IMG/VR virus record: IMGVR_UViG_3300046318_000374 | Location: 293 to 64,292 of that record | DNA length: 64,000 nt | Reading direction: 5' to 3' (one strand) | DNA from: a virus | Lineage: Duplodnaviria > Caudoviricetes | Shown: positions 19,014 to 30,300 of the stretch, piece by piece | How the letters are laid out: every line of letters begins with the position of its first letter | How positions within the stretch are numbered: the first letter of the stretch is position 1 | Notes under the pieces: model-generated | The model's input: the letters and a program-made list of their open reading frames with translations, nothing else | The model's database searches: none | What the model was told of the DNA's origin: nothing | Program-made: the position numbers and the translations under genes

Positions 19014-19046
19014 AAAAAAAAAGTGAGGACTATCCCATCCTCACTC
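19014..19046 (-). terminator. rho-independent terminator
   Basis: AGTGAGGA...TCCTCACT stem followed by a long U-run. Confidence 0.75.
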
Positions 19047-19260
19047 TTCCTCCTTTTGATTTACTTTGAGCGGCTTTCATCTCATCCGCCTCTTTCTTTT
19101 TAACATCAATCAACTTCTTAAAATAGAACCTTCGAAGATGTATTGGCATTGTATAAACCTCTGTCCAATTAAATCCGTTACCGAAATGAACCATTTCCCA
19201 AATTTGGTTATGAAGAATGGTTTTGTAATCAGGCGGTAGGGTAAAAAAAGTTAATCCCAA
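19030..19260 (-). CDS. gp51-like baseplate hub assembly / tail chaperone C-terminal ORF, probably reached by frameshift
   Basis: FNWTEVYTMPIHLRRFY resembles the T4 gp51-type motif; overlaps the upstream gene across a T7 run. Confidence 0.65.
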   Translation of the reverse strand: MGLTFFTLPPDYKTILHNQIWEMVHFGNGFNWTEVYTMPIHLRRFYFKKLIDVKKKEADEMKAAQSKSKGGRVRMG

Positions 19261-20017
19261 ATGGGATATCTAGTGCCTCCACTTCACCTGTTATATCTGA
19301 TACAAAATCGAATTTAAGGTCTAAATCTGGGCTAATCTCCTTCACATACTTTCTAAATGCTTTTGTATCTAATGCTAAAAACCCATTTTGAATCCATTTG
19401 TTGATAAATCCTCTATCAGTATTACCATCAACCGATAAAATCATATATCTAAAACGTGTTGTTACATCAGATGTATTACCATTTCCCTTACTTAACCTTT
19501 CTAATGCCTGATTATCTTTGTTAATATCTTGCTCATCTCCGTGAGTCAATAATTTGAATTCAATTACTTTTTTAGATTGTGGTAATGTAAATTTGTAAAC
19601 ATTTTGAGGATTTAATAATGATTCATCAATATCTTTTGTTTGTACTTTCGATAAATCAATTGTTACTTCTTGCTTTTCTAATGTAAATGGGTCAGTAATT
19701 TCTACTGTATAATCTGCCCCATAACCTAAAATACGGGTTGCCAATAAGATTGCATTCTTATCACCAATAAAAATATCATTTATGTTTACACCCGGTTCAA
19801 CAACAACTGATTCAAATAACTTATCCAACACAACACCTTTTTTAATAAGATTTTGTGATGCCAAAATATCTTCCTCTCTTGCCGTCATATATTTAATTTC
19901 AACCGTCCCTTTACTCAATGGATTATCTTTTGAATATATCAATCCTTTTGATGGTAATTCAATAATTTCGGTTGGAAATTCAAATTTACTTGTAGTTGCA
20001 TTTGCACTTTCTGCCAT
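19229..20017 (-). CDS. gp26-like baseplate hub subunit / tail assembly chaperone
   Basis: IELPSKG..Y, MTAREEDIL, GDKNAILLATRILGYG, C-terminal INFF; located between tube and tape measure. Confidence 0.75.
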   Translation of the reverse strand: MAESANATTSKFEFPTEIIELPSKGLIYSKDNPLSKGTVEIKYMTAREEDILASQNLIKKGVVLDKLFESVVVEPGVNINDIFIGDKNAILLATRILGYGADYTVEITDPFTLEKQEVTIDLSKVQTKDIDESLLNPQNVYKFTLPQSKKVIEFKLLTHGDEQDINKDNQALERLSKGNGNTSDVTTRFRYMILSVDGNTDRGFINKWIQNGFLALDTKAFRKYVKEISPDLDLKFDFVSDITGEVEALDIPFGINFFYPTA

Positions 20018-20042
20018 AACTTTAATAATTTAGTTTTATATA

Positions 20043-20050
20043 TATAAATA
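20043..20050 (-). promoter_or_regulatory. putative late promoter TATTTATA
   Basis: About 26 nt upstream of ATG 20017. Confidence 0.65.
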
Positions 20051-20073
20051 CATCAAAATAAAAAAATTGACAC

Positions 20074-20105
20074 AAAAAAAGGGATAACCAATTGGAAATC
20101 CCTTT
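20074..20105 (-). terminator. rho-independent terminator after tail tube gene
   Basis: AAGGGAT...ATCCCTT stem followed by a U-run. Confidence 0.7.
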
Positions 20106-20123
20106 TCTTTTTATTATATTTGA

Positions 20124-20612
20124 TTAGAATTCTAATACAGCATAATCATATGTTAATGTTACAGTAACTTGAGCTGGGTCATTAGAAGAAAAATCTAAAT
20201 CTCCAAAGTTTGCCGAAGTGATGAATGCACCTTTCAATTTCCATTGTTCGATTTTATCACCAACCGGTCCTAACATATAGATATCTACATCTTTTTTGTA
20301 CATATCAGCATATCCTTTTCTACCAGTGATTGATTCGTGTGATAAACGAACCCATTCCATAACTGCTTGTGCAGCTGAAGGTACGATTGGGTCATAAAGA
20401 GTAATCTCTAAATCTTGCCACTCACCTTTTCCTTGCAATTGTCTTTTGATGTTGATATGGTCTAATGTTACCTTCTCAAATTGAATTGTAGGTCTATTTG
20501 CTGCCTTTATTGTGTATGATTCGATTCCATCAATTACCATGATGAAACGATTTTTCATTTTAGGTTCGAAGTTCGTATAGAACATCTTATCAAACTCTAG
20601 TATCTCTGCCAT
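20124..20612 (-). CDS. tail tube protein (T4 gp19-like)
   Basis: EPKMKNRF, W..LEITLYDP, EQWKLKGAF..SANFGDLD, VTLTYDYA; follows the sheath gene. Confidence 0.9.
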   Translation of the reverse strand: MAEILEFDKMFYTNFEPKMKNRFIMVIDGIESYTIKAANRPTIQFEKVTLDHINIKRQLQGKGEWQDLEITLYDPIVPSAAQAVMEWVRLSHESITGRKGYADMYKKDVDIYMLGPVGDKIEQWKLKGAFITSANFGDLDFSSNDPAQVTVTLTYDYAVLEF

Positions 20613-20635
20613 TTTTTAATTTCTATTTTGTTATT

Positions 20636-20643
20636 AATAAATA
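20636..20643 (-). promoter_or_regulatory. putative late promoter variant TATTTATT
   Basis: About 24 nt upstream of the tube ATG. Confidence 0.5.
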
Positions 20644-20665
20644 TTAGTTTTTCGTTTTTTCCTAA

Positions 20666-23002
20666 TTATGCATTAAATGATGCACCTGTTGGTAAAATGT
20701 TGAAGTCAATTATGATGAATTCAGCAGTTTTAGCAGGTTGTAAGAAAATCTGTCCAGCCAATATGTTTCTGTCAATTACATCCGGTGTGTTGTTAGATTC
20801 ATCCATCACCACTTTGAATGCATAAAGACCTTGTCTTTGTTGGATAGCTTCTAAATAAGGATTAACCGTATTTAAGAATCTATTTCTTGTTGTTGAAGTA
20901 TTTTGTTCAAACAATAAGTAACGTGAAGTAGATGCGATAAATTTCTTAACCGTAATCAATAATCTTCTTACGTTGATTCTATCCAATGCAGATGCTTTAT
21001 CTTGTAAAGTTTTTTGTCCAAATGCTACGATACCCTGACCAGGGAAAGCTGCGATTGGGTTTACTTTGTTCTCATATAAAGTATCTCTTTCAGAGTGAGT
21101 TAATCTATTTAATACACTAACCGCGCCAGTAATTCCACCTCTATTCAAACCTGCTGGTGCGAACCATTCTGCTGCTAATCTATCATTAGCTGCAAATACT
21201 GCTGGTAATAATACCGATGGTGGTACTGAAGTTAATTTGTTTGTGTTGTTATCAACCGTCTTAACCCAAGGGTAGTAAGTTGCTACATAGTTTGAATCTA
21301 CCGAGTTAGATTTTTCAGTTGCAGTTGTAATATCTGCATCTACATCAGTAAAGTCTGCAATATAGAAACAATCTTGTCTATTCTCAACCATATCGATTAC
21401 CTTTTGAACAACCGATGGGTGTGATTGGTAAGTGATACCCGGTGCAACAACCATATTGATATCCCACTCATCTGGATTAGATACAGCGTTGATACCTCTA
21501 GTGTATGCTAAACTACCACCTGCTCCTGCCGATGAACAATCAAATCCTTGTGTGTTAGCAGCTGTAATATCAGCTCCTTTTTTGTTTTCAATTGTTGGGT
21601 TGTTACCATCAAATCCACCTTGGAAAGCCAAAATGAATTGTCTCTTAACCATATCATCCGATTTAGAACCAGTCATTTGTAATGTTAATTGAGCATCAAA
21701 GCCAAAATCAACGTTAGCACCAGTTTGTGGATTATTAGTTAATGGTTTTAAGTATTGTTTGTTATCGGTTTTGATACCAGATGTTTCAAAATCAAATCCA
21801 GCGTAATAAATTGGAGATGATGCTGAGTTAGTCATTGAACCAGTTTGGTAAACTACCGCTGGAACTTTAGTTGCATCTGCATCTGCAGTTCTAATTGGGT
21901 TTACATATGCTCCGTGTCCAAATGGTGCAGCAGAAATAGGGAATGAACCTTGCTCTGTTACTGCTACTCTAATATATTTTGATTTGTTTGAGTAATCACC
22001 ATTTTCAGTAATTTTTCCGTTATCATCGATAGTAATGTATCTGTCACCAATTCTTCTAGCAATATAGTTTGTAGAAGATGGGTCTAAATTCACATTGTTA
22101 AATGTTTCGTAAACTACTTTTCTCTTATCAGTATCACTATAAGAACGAACAGTTATTGTAAATGTTGCGTAATCAGTTGCTCCATCTTCACCGGCTGCTT
22201 TAACATTAGAAATACCAATCTTAAATTTAGTATTGTACATATTTCCATGTCCTAATGTGTGGAACTTAAATAAATCATATCTTTGTCCACTAATCAATTG
22301 TGATTTAACAAATGGAGTAGAAGCTGCTTGGTATGCAGGGTCAATAGTTGTTCCAGTGTAATCTTGCGTTGGAAGAACTTTTGAATAAATTGAACCAGTT
22401 GTGTTTAATGAGAATAATGATGCACTATTTTCAAAGTAAACATAAGTATAAACCGGCTTACCAGATGCACCAACGATTACTGATTCTCCGTAGATATCAG
22501 AAAGGTCATTTGCGTCTGAAGGAACGATTGAAGCAGATGTTGCAGCTAAAATATTGTTTGCGCCAGAACCAGAGATACTGATTTGGAATCTACCTACACT
22601 AGATGGGTTACTATCAATTGAACCTGAAATTTGAACATCTTCCGCACCTGTGTTAGTTGCATATAATACACCAATTAGTTTATCATCTGCACCACTACCA
22701 CTAGCAAAGATACCCAAAGGACCAATTTGCTCATATCCAGTAATACCCGCTACTCTTACGATAGTTGCTTGCCCAGCTTCTCTCAAATAATTTTGTACTG
22801 CGTATTCAGTATAATATGTTCCATCAGGAGTACCGAAGATATCTTCAAACTCTGATTGCGTTCTAACAATAGTTGGAACGAACGCCGGCCCTTGCTTAAA
22901 AGGACCTATAAATGCTGCGCCGATTTCACCGATTCCTTGCGATAAGAAGGATAAATCGTTTTCTCTTGTGAATACACCGGGTGATACAATTCTTTCTGCC
23001 AT
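20666..23002 (-). CDS. tail sheath protein (T4 gp18-like)
   Basis: SPGVFTREND, WFAPAGLNRG, LYENKVNPI, GQKTLQ, DRINVRRL, FEQN, LQPAKTAEFI. Confidence 0.95.
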   Translation of the reverse strand: MAERIVSPGVFTRENDLSFLSQGIGEIGAAFIGPFKQGPAFVPTIVRTQSEFEDIFGTPDGTYYTEYAVQNYLREAGQATIVRVAGITGYEQIGPLGIFASGSGADDKLIGVLYATNTGAEDVQISGSIDSNPSSVGRFQISISGSGANNILAATSASIVPSDANDLSDIYGESVIVGASGKPVYTYVYFENSASLFSLNTTGSIYSKVLPTQDYTGTTIDPAYQAASTPFVKSQLISGQRYDLFKFHTLGHGNMYNTKFKIGISNVKAAGEDGATDYATFTITVRSYSDTDKRKVVYETFNNVNLDPSSTNYIARRIGDRYITIDDNGKITENGDYSNKSKYIRVAVTEQGSFPISAAPFGHGAYVNPIRTADADATKVPAVVYQTGSMTNSASSPIYYAGFDFETSGIKTDNKQYLKPLTNNPQTGANVDFGFDAQLTLQMTGSKSDDMVKRQFILAFQGGFDGNNPTIENKKGADITAANTQGFDCSSAGAGGSLAYTRGINAVSNPDEWDINMVVAPGITYQSHPSVVQKVIDMVENRQDCFYIADFTDVDADITTATEKSNSVDSNYVATYYPWVKTVDNNTNKLTSVPPSVLLPAVFAANDRLAAEWFAPAGLNRGGITGAVSVLNRLTHSERDTLYENKVNPIAAFPGQGIVAFGQKTLQDKASALDRINVRRLLITVKKFIASTSRYLLFEQNTSTTRNRFLNTVNPYLEAIQQRQGLYAFKVVMDESNNTPDVIDRNILAGQIFLQPAKTAEFIIIDFNILPTGASFNA

Positions 23003-23058
23003 TTTTTTATCTCTAAAATTCTATTTTGTGTGTGTAAAAAGGTTTTCCAATTTACACA

Positions 23059-23066
23059 TATAAATA
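23059..23066 (-). promoter_or_regulatory. putative late promoter TATTTATA
   Basis: About 57 nt upstream of the sheath ATG. Confidence 0.6.
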
Positions 23067-23143
23067 TAAACAAAATGTCCAAAACACAATTTTTATATTA
23101 AAATTATGAATTGGACACTTAATGATTGTTTTAAGAAACCCTT

Positions 23144-23548
23144 TTAGTTGCCGGGAACACCATTTGGAGTTGCAGGTGTATCAATTGAATGAGAAGCCCA
23201 AGGCAAATCACCAGATAATAACTCTACGTGAACTTGTGTATTTTTAGTAATTTCTTTTTCAATTTGACCCTGAATATGGTCCCAATAATTAGTTGCTCTA
23301 TTTGAACCACTAACAACTCCTTTAATCCATCCAACTACTTGCTCTTCGGTTAAATCTTCAAATGCAGTAAAATTCTCAGGGTCTACATCAGCCGGTTTGA
23401 ATGGAGTTGCACCATTAAAAGAAGCAGAGTATCCATTTTCATTTATTGCAGTAACAATCCATTGAGTTCCAATAATAACATCGGATAAATCATTTGCATT
23501 TACTGCTTTTTTTAAGTTTTTTATTTTCCACTCGTATGTATAAGCCAT
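23144..23548 (-). CDS. small fibre-associated protein
   Basis: YTYEWKI..L...DVIIGTQW...FTAFEDLTEEQVVGW...LPW; paralog of 23896-24285. Confidence 0.6.
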   Translation of the reverse strand: MAYTYEWKIKNLKKAVNANDLSDVIIGTQWIVTAINENGYSASFNGATPFKPADVDPENFTAFEDLTEEQVVGWIKGVVSGSNRATNYWDHIQGQIEKEITKNTQVHVELLSGDLPWASHSIDTPATPNGVPGN

Positions 23549-23570
23549 AATTCTATTTGTTTGTATATAC

Positions 23571-23578
23571 TATAAATA
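23571..23578 (-). promoter_or_regulatory. putative late promoter TATTTATA
   Basis: About 23 nt upstream of ATG 23548. Confidence 0.65.
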
Positions 23579-23593
23579 TTATTTATTTTAATT

Positions 23594-23884
23594 TTAGTAA
23601 TTGGTGTGTTCAATTGGGGTTAAATCAAAAGATTCACATATTTTTTCTGCTAAATAGGTATTAGTACCTGTCCAACCATCTAAAATTTCTTGCGGAACTT
23701 GCCAAATACCTGAATTAATAATTGTATCAGGTACTGCAGTTGATTCCCTATTTGGGTCTCTAAATCGTAATTCATATCGTAATCTACAATCATCTTTACC
23801 CAAATCGTAACTTAATACATTTGTTAAAATTACGTTTATTGTTTGTCCAAAAAGGTTTTTATCCTCTATTGTTGTAATTATCAT
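23594..23884 (-). CDS. small hypothetical protein (fibre-associated)
   Basis: 96-aa ORF directly downstream of the fibre cluster. Confidence 0.55.
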   Translation of the reverse strand: MIITTIEDKNLFGQTINVILTNVLSYDLGKDDCRLRYELRFRDPNRESTAVPDTIINSGIWQVPQEILDGWTGTNTYLAEKICESFDLTPIEHTNY

Positions 23885-23895
23885 TTTTTTATTAA

Positions 23896-24285
23896 TTAAA
23901 TACTTCCACTAGTTTCGTTTGCAATCGATTTGCCATTAAAATACCACGGCATTATTTCATTTTGTACTGGTTCGGGTTCTGAATTAGGAATTTGTGCAAA
24001 TAATCTAGCTACACTGTCCTTATGCACATCCATATTTGTAGTTGATTCTAAAAAAGTATGTATATCTCTTTCACCTAAATTATTAAATGCTATAAAACTA
24101 CCAGTATGTCTAGTCTTAAAATTCAAAAATGTTGTAACATCTTTTAATTCTTTTGTATCACCATTTTCATCCGTACCAACCAAATCCCAAATAATAGCTC
24201 TAATAGTATTTGGAAACTCTTGTTTGTTTATTCGTTCGGTTCCGGTTGCTAATGATTTTATTTTATATTCGTATGTAATTGCCAT
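23896..24285 (-). CDS. small fibre-associated protein
   Basis: ITYEYKIKSL...IIWDLVGTDENG...FIAFNNL...MPW; paralog of 23144-23548. Confidence 0.6.
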   Translation of the reverse strand: MAITYEYKIKSLATGTERINKQEFPNTIRAIIWDLVGTDENGDTKELKDVTTFLNFKTRHTGSFIAFNNLGERDIHTFLESTTNMDVHKDSVARLFAQIPNSEPEPVQNEIMPWYFNGKSIANETSGSI

Positions 24286-24308
24286 AATTTTTACTTATAT
24301 AACTATAA

Positions 24309-27300
24309 TTATTGATTTTCCAAATTTTGAATTCTACCTTCAATTTGTTCAAGTTTAGATTCTAAGAAAGCAATTCTTTCTTCTAATGCCACACTTTTAG
24401 CTTCCAATTCTTTAATACCCTGAACTGTTAGACCGTGAATACCATTATAGTTCAAACTCTTATAGTATCTACCCGGTGTATCAGGTCCATCATCAACCCA
24501 TTGGTCTCTTACAATAGTAGGTAGAATAGCTTCAACCTCCTGTGCAATTAAACCTGCTGAATAATTTTCTGCACCATCAATATCGTGCATTGGATGGTTT
24601 GTCATTGGAGTATTTTCAGCAAATTCGTAAGTGTATCCACTAATTTGTGAAATTTTCTCTAATGCGTTTTCAATTACATTTAGGTTGGTTTTCAAATCTC
24701 TATCAGAGAAACCATTCCACTCCCATTGTGCACCTCTTGTTCTTAAATGTCCACCATTTTCCAATGACATAGTTTGTGTGTAGTAGTTAAACCACTCATA
24801 AACTTGTCCAGCGTTATTGTATGTATTTCTAGAACCATAATCACCTTGTCCATATACCGCATTAAAGAATGGACCATTTGAGTTAGAGTTACCCAATGAC
24901 CAACCACAACCCATAAACGCACCATAGTTTGCTTGGAAACCAAATTGGTACATTGCTGTTGTTGCAATGAAGTTTACGTTGGCGTTATTAAAACGAGAGA
25001 ATGAGTTAAAATCACCATACCAACTACCATCTTCTCTATCATAGTACACACCAGAGTACATATAGTTCAAACGAGTTAAACCATTAGGGTCAACCTGATA
25101 ATATGTATCATTTGAATCGTAGAATATAGGACTTCTCATTGAACCTACTGAATAGGTATATCCTCTATATACGTTAAATGCACCACCATCCCAATACCAG
25201 TTCCAACTATATCTATTGTCGTGTAAACCAAAGTTATCGCCGGTTGTAGTCATTAAACAATGTGTAGATGCTACACCCCATCCATACCAACCACTACGTC
25301 CACCACCATATGTTGAAACGTGACCATATGAGTTTCCAGCACCTTCCGGTGACATAAATCCTCTACCATATGGTTGCCAATACATACCATTAGCCGTATT
25401 TTGTCTAAACCAATCGTTTATGTATATGTTTGTAAATGTTGGATTACCATCAGTTCTTACCGATTGGTTGACGTGACTACTCATCCAACCCAAATATCCT
25501 AACCAAAGGTCACCACTTCTATTGATATATGCTCTTTCCGCACCACTATCAGTTCTGAAGATAAAGTATCCAGATGATTGTTGTTGGAAATACATATGGG
25601 TTGAGTGCCATTGAATCTTATTGTATTCACCTTGCCAACCTCCCATATCACTATACAACATATAACCCGGTTGAATATAATGGTTATTTGAGTTTACAAA
25701 GTTTAATCTATTTGTACCATCTGGGTCACAATAATATCCAGTATTGTTTGAATCATAAAAAATAGTTCCATATAATGAAGAGCCATAATTGTATCCATAT
25801 GTTACTACTCTATATCCGTTTGCATATAAATCGTTTACATTGAAATAGAAGTTAGAACGGTCAGTATAAATGTGAGCATGTCCAGTATTTGCAGGTCCAA
25901 ACTGAATCCAACCTGATGAAGTATTATGTCTCCAACCCCAATCACCACCGGCAAAGTAAAAACTACCATTACCATAATCTATTGATGCCAAACGAGAACG
26001 ACCGTTGGGGTCTACAAAATAGCCAGTATCATTTTGGTCATACATTATAGTACCTCTCAAATATCCAGATGCTATTATATTACCACTACCCCAGTTTGTA
26101 CCAGATGCTTGGAAACCAACCAAAGAAGAACCATTTATGATTTGATGATGCCAAGTGGCAGAGTTTTGAAAATTCCATAAAGCTCCATAAGATTCACTTA
26201 ATCTCGCACCAACACCATTATCAAATGTTGCACCAGAACCTCCTAATACTAATTGAGCACCACCATTAAGAGTTAAACCTCCACCACTTACAGTGAAAAT
26301 TCTATACATATTTGAAGTACTGGTTGGGTCTACATAATATCCAGTATTATCATTATCATAGAAAATTGGTGCCTGAATTGAACTTCTAAACCAACCTCTA
26401 GATGAAATGGCTGCGAATGTAGTACCATAGTTCATCACCAATAATCCGTGGTCATTTAAGAATCCGGCCTGTCCTCCTGCGTTTGGATGTGACCAAGCTA
26501 ATCCATATAAGTTACCAGTAGATGCACCATCAATTGATAATTTGTATGCATTACCCATTGCGAATACACCCTGATATCTAATCGATGTATAAACACCAAC
26601 GATTGATTGTCCGTAGTTGTAATCTAAATAAATATTTTCGTTACCATCAACTCTAATACCACCATTGGCTGCCACATAAGATAATCTAGCAGTACCAGTA
26701 GGGTCAGTATAATATCCGGTGTTATCTAAATCGTAATAGATTGGAGAACGCATATCGGCAGTACCATAAACACGTCCCATATATGATGTATAACCATCCA
26801 TATAGTATGATGATTGGTTATTTAAGTATAAACCACCACCATTTGCTTTCCTTAAATCCCAACTTGCCCAAACACCATTTAGGAAACCATAGCTACCGCC
26901 ACCATCTCCATATAATTGATATTGGAATTGTCCACCACTACCTCTACCATAGATACCACCATCTCCTTGTGATGAACGGATGTACATAGTACCATTGTTC
27001 CAACTATTAACATAGTGTGTACCACCATTGTAGTTGATACCACCCATTACAGAATCTCCATTAGGATTTACATAATATGCACCATTGTTTGAATCATAGT
27101 AAATAGGTGCGTACATTGCATTACCTGCCGTAATATTAGTTCCGGCAGTAAATGATGCAGGTGTTCTTAAATTACGAAGGTCACCAGAAATCCAAGAGTA
27201 AGAATCGGATTCAATTGCTACTGAATATCCTTCGGCAACATCCATTACTCCACTATAATACGAACCATTTTGAATTTTTCGTAATACCACTTGTCCATAA

Positions 27301-30300
27301 GACCAGCTAGATGAACCATTACCAATTACAATACAATATCGTCCATCCTTAAAACCAACTCTTACTGGTTTATCAGTTTGTCCAACTACCTCCGCATTAT
27401 AGTTATACCAGTTACCATTCCAATTGTGTCCACCAACTATTACAGTTGCCGCGGCATTTCCACTATATTCATACAGGTCAATTTCCGCATGAACCATACC
27501 ATAGTTATTGATATTACCAGGAAATTTAATAACTACTGCACCAGTTGCTCCACCACTTGCTCCCCAAACTGCATATGGTCTACCTACTAAATTTTGTTGT
27601 TTTATACCACCTGCTATTCTTAATGAAGTTGCAGTTGTACCTGGGTCTAAAAAGTATCCAGTATCATTGTAATCATAGAATATTGGTGCTCTAAATGAAC
27701 CAGCAGCAATTGCAGTACCACCATGTTCAACTCCAAAATTGGCTGTCCAACCAGATGAGAATATATGGAATGCTTTGCTTGAATCCATATGGATACCAAA
27801 TCCAGCTTTAGCAAAGAAACCTCTACTACTACTATTTTTAATTAATCCTTCATCCCAACCAGCGCCTGTATTTCTTAACCAATAAATATATGGCCATTGG
27901 TCTGCATTTGATGTATCATATCCAGTACCATTTACATAAAAATTACCACTTTGTAAAGCTACAATATTGGATGTAGACGCTGGGTCCATATAATAACTTG
28001 TGTTGTTATTATCATAGAATATTGGAGAACGCGTATCTATATAAGAATATAATCTACCATCACTATCCAAACGCATTCCTTCCGTGCCATTGATAGATGT
28101 AAAATCCGATGTATTATTTACAAAGAATCTTAATCTACCACCAGTATTTGTTCTACCGGCTATAATATAGTTATCACCATTGTTACCCAATTGTAAACCA
28201 TACCAGTTAAGAGATGCGTGATAAATATCAGAACCAGTTGAATATCTAGCTCTAAAGTAGTTACCAGAACCGGGAACGTAAATATCACCATTAGCAACAT
28301 TTCCTCTAGCAGTTACTGTTGCCAATGTTTCACTACCAGCAGTTCCACTAATATTTGTATTTATTGAGTTTTTAGGGACAGTTACTACTCTACTCAAACC
28401 AGAAGTTGTTGCTGTGCTAATTGACCAGTTTTCTAAATAAGCAGCACCCTGGTCATATATACATCTTACATTAAATCTACCATAGTAGATGTTATTTGAT
28501 AAATGAATACATACTTTATTACTACCATTAGTACCAATTGAAATGGTACCAGGGTCCCAAGCTCCTAAATTATCATATGAATAACTAACCCAACTATTAT
28601 TATATGCATACCAAACAATTTCTAAATGTATAGGTACACCACTACCATACGCATAACCTTCAATAATAACCGTTGGCATATTAAAAGTTCCATAATCAAT
28701 ATTTGTGGTGATTAAATATCCAGTTGTTGGAGTTGAACTACCACCATAATATGCTGATGTTAAACTATGATATGGTGTTGTTACTTGTTGTGTTCTTAAT
28801 ATGTTTAAGTTTGATGTAGAAGCAGGATTTACATAATACCCGGCATCATCATTATCATAAAAAATAGGTGCTCTAAATGATGTTGGTGCGTACACATTAC
28901 CATCATTATTTGCTTGTAATCTCCAAGTAAACGTACTACCATCCCAACTTCCCAATTGTACACCATTACCAGATGGATGTGCCGATAATCTTGTATATGC
29001 ACCACTTACACCCAATGCATATCTACCACTTGCTCCCATAGTTAATAATGGGAATGTTTCAACAGTATTTCCTAATGCTAATGAATTTAAGTTAGATGTA
29101 CCATTATTGATATAATAAGTTGTACCACCACCAACATATAAAGTTGTACCAGTTATTGTACCAATCGCTGAAAAGTTACCGGCATTTGATAGTGTTGCTA
29201 ATGTAGTAAGAGTACCTGCCGAAATACTAGCAGGCGTTATAGTTGCTTGATTTAATTTTGAAAATACAATATCAGCACTATTGTTTGTTGTAATATGTGC
29301 AGCAAATCCACCTTTTTTAACAAATCCTAAATTTCTATCATTACCAGCAACAATACCAGTGTTATCCAATGGATTTTCAATTGAACCTAATACTTGTAAA
29401 AGACTTCCATTAAATGTTAAATTACTTTCAACCGTTGCATTTGGTGCTGAACCATTTAATGTAATTACACCATTATCGGTTGTACCAGTTAAAGAAAGTA
29501 ATCCACTACTACCAGATGAACCACTACTTCCACTACTTCCGCTTGAGCCGGATGTACCTCCACTACCAGCAGTTCCGCGTGTTCCAGAAGAACCAGAAGA
29601 ACCACCACTACCAGCCGTACCGCTTGTTCCAGAAGAACCAGATGTTCCACTACTTCCACTTGCTCCAGTTGCGCCAGAAGTACCAGATGTACCATTTGCT
29701 CCTGCAGGTCCTGATGTACCAGATGTTCCTGCCGTTCCGCGTGTTCCGGAAGAACCACTACTACCACTTGAACCAGATGTACCACCACTTCCGGCAGTTC
29801 CCATAGTACCACTACTTCCACTTGAACCAGAAGAACCAGATGTACCAGAAGAACCAGCAGTACCAGATGTTCCAGCTGCCGATAACCAAGCCGAACCATT
29901 CCATCTATAAATGTTGGTATCTGCCGTATTGTAATATAATTGTCCTACTGCAACTCCAGTTGGTGCATTTGCTGCCGTTGGAATTACGATTGAACCTGAA
30001 ATTCTTAGTGAACCTGTAACTTCGTGTATATCGTTCATTGCATCACCAAACTTATTACTTCCACTTGCGTAGATTAATGATGATGAAATGTATTGTACAA
30101 ATAATTCAGTTGTTTGGATTCTACCACCAACAGTTAAGTTACCAGTAATTGTTTCATTACCAGTTACGGATAGAACTGTCCCATCAAATTTAAGATTTGC
30201 CTCCGCAGTTACGTTTGGTGCTGAACCATTAAGTGTAATTACACCATTATCAGTTGTACCAGTTATAGATAATGCACCAGAAGAACCAGATGTACCACCA

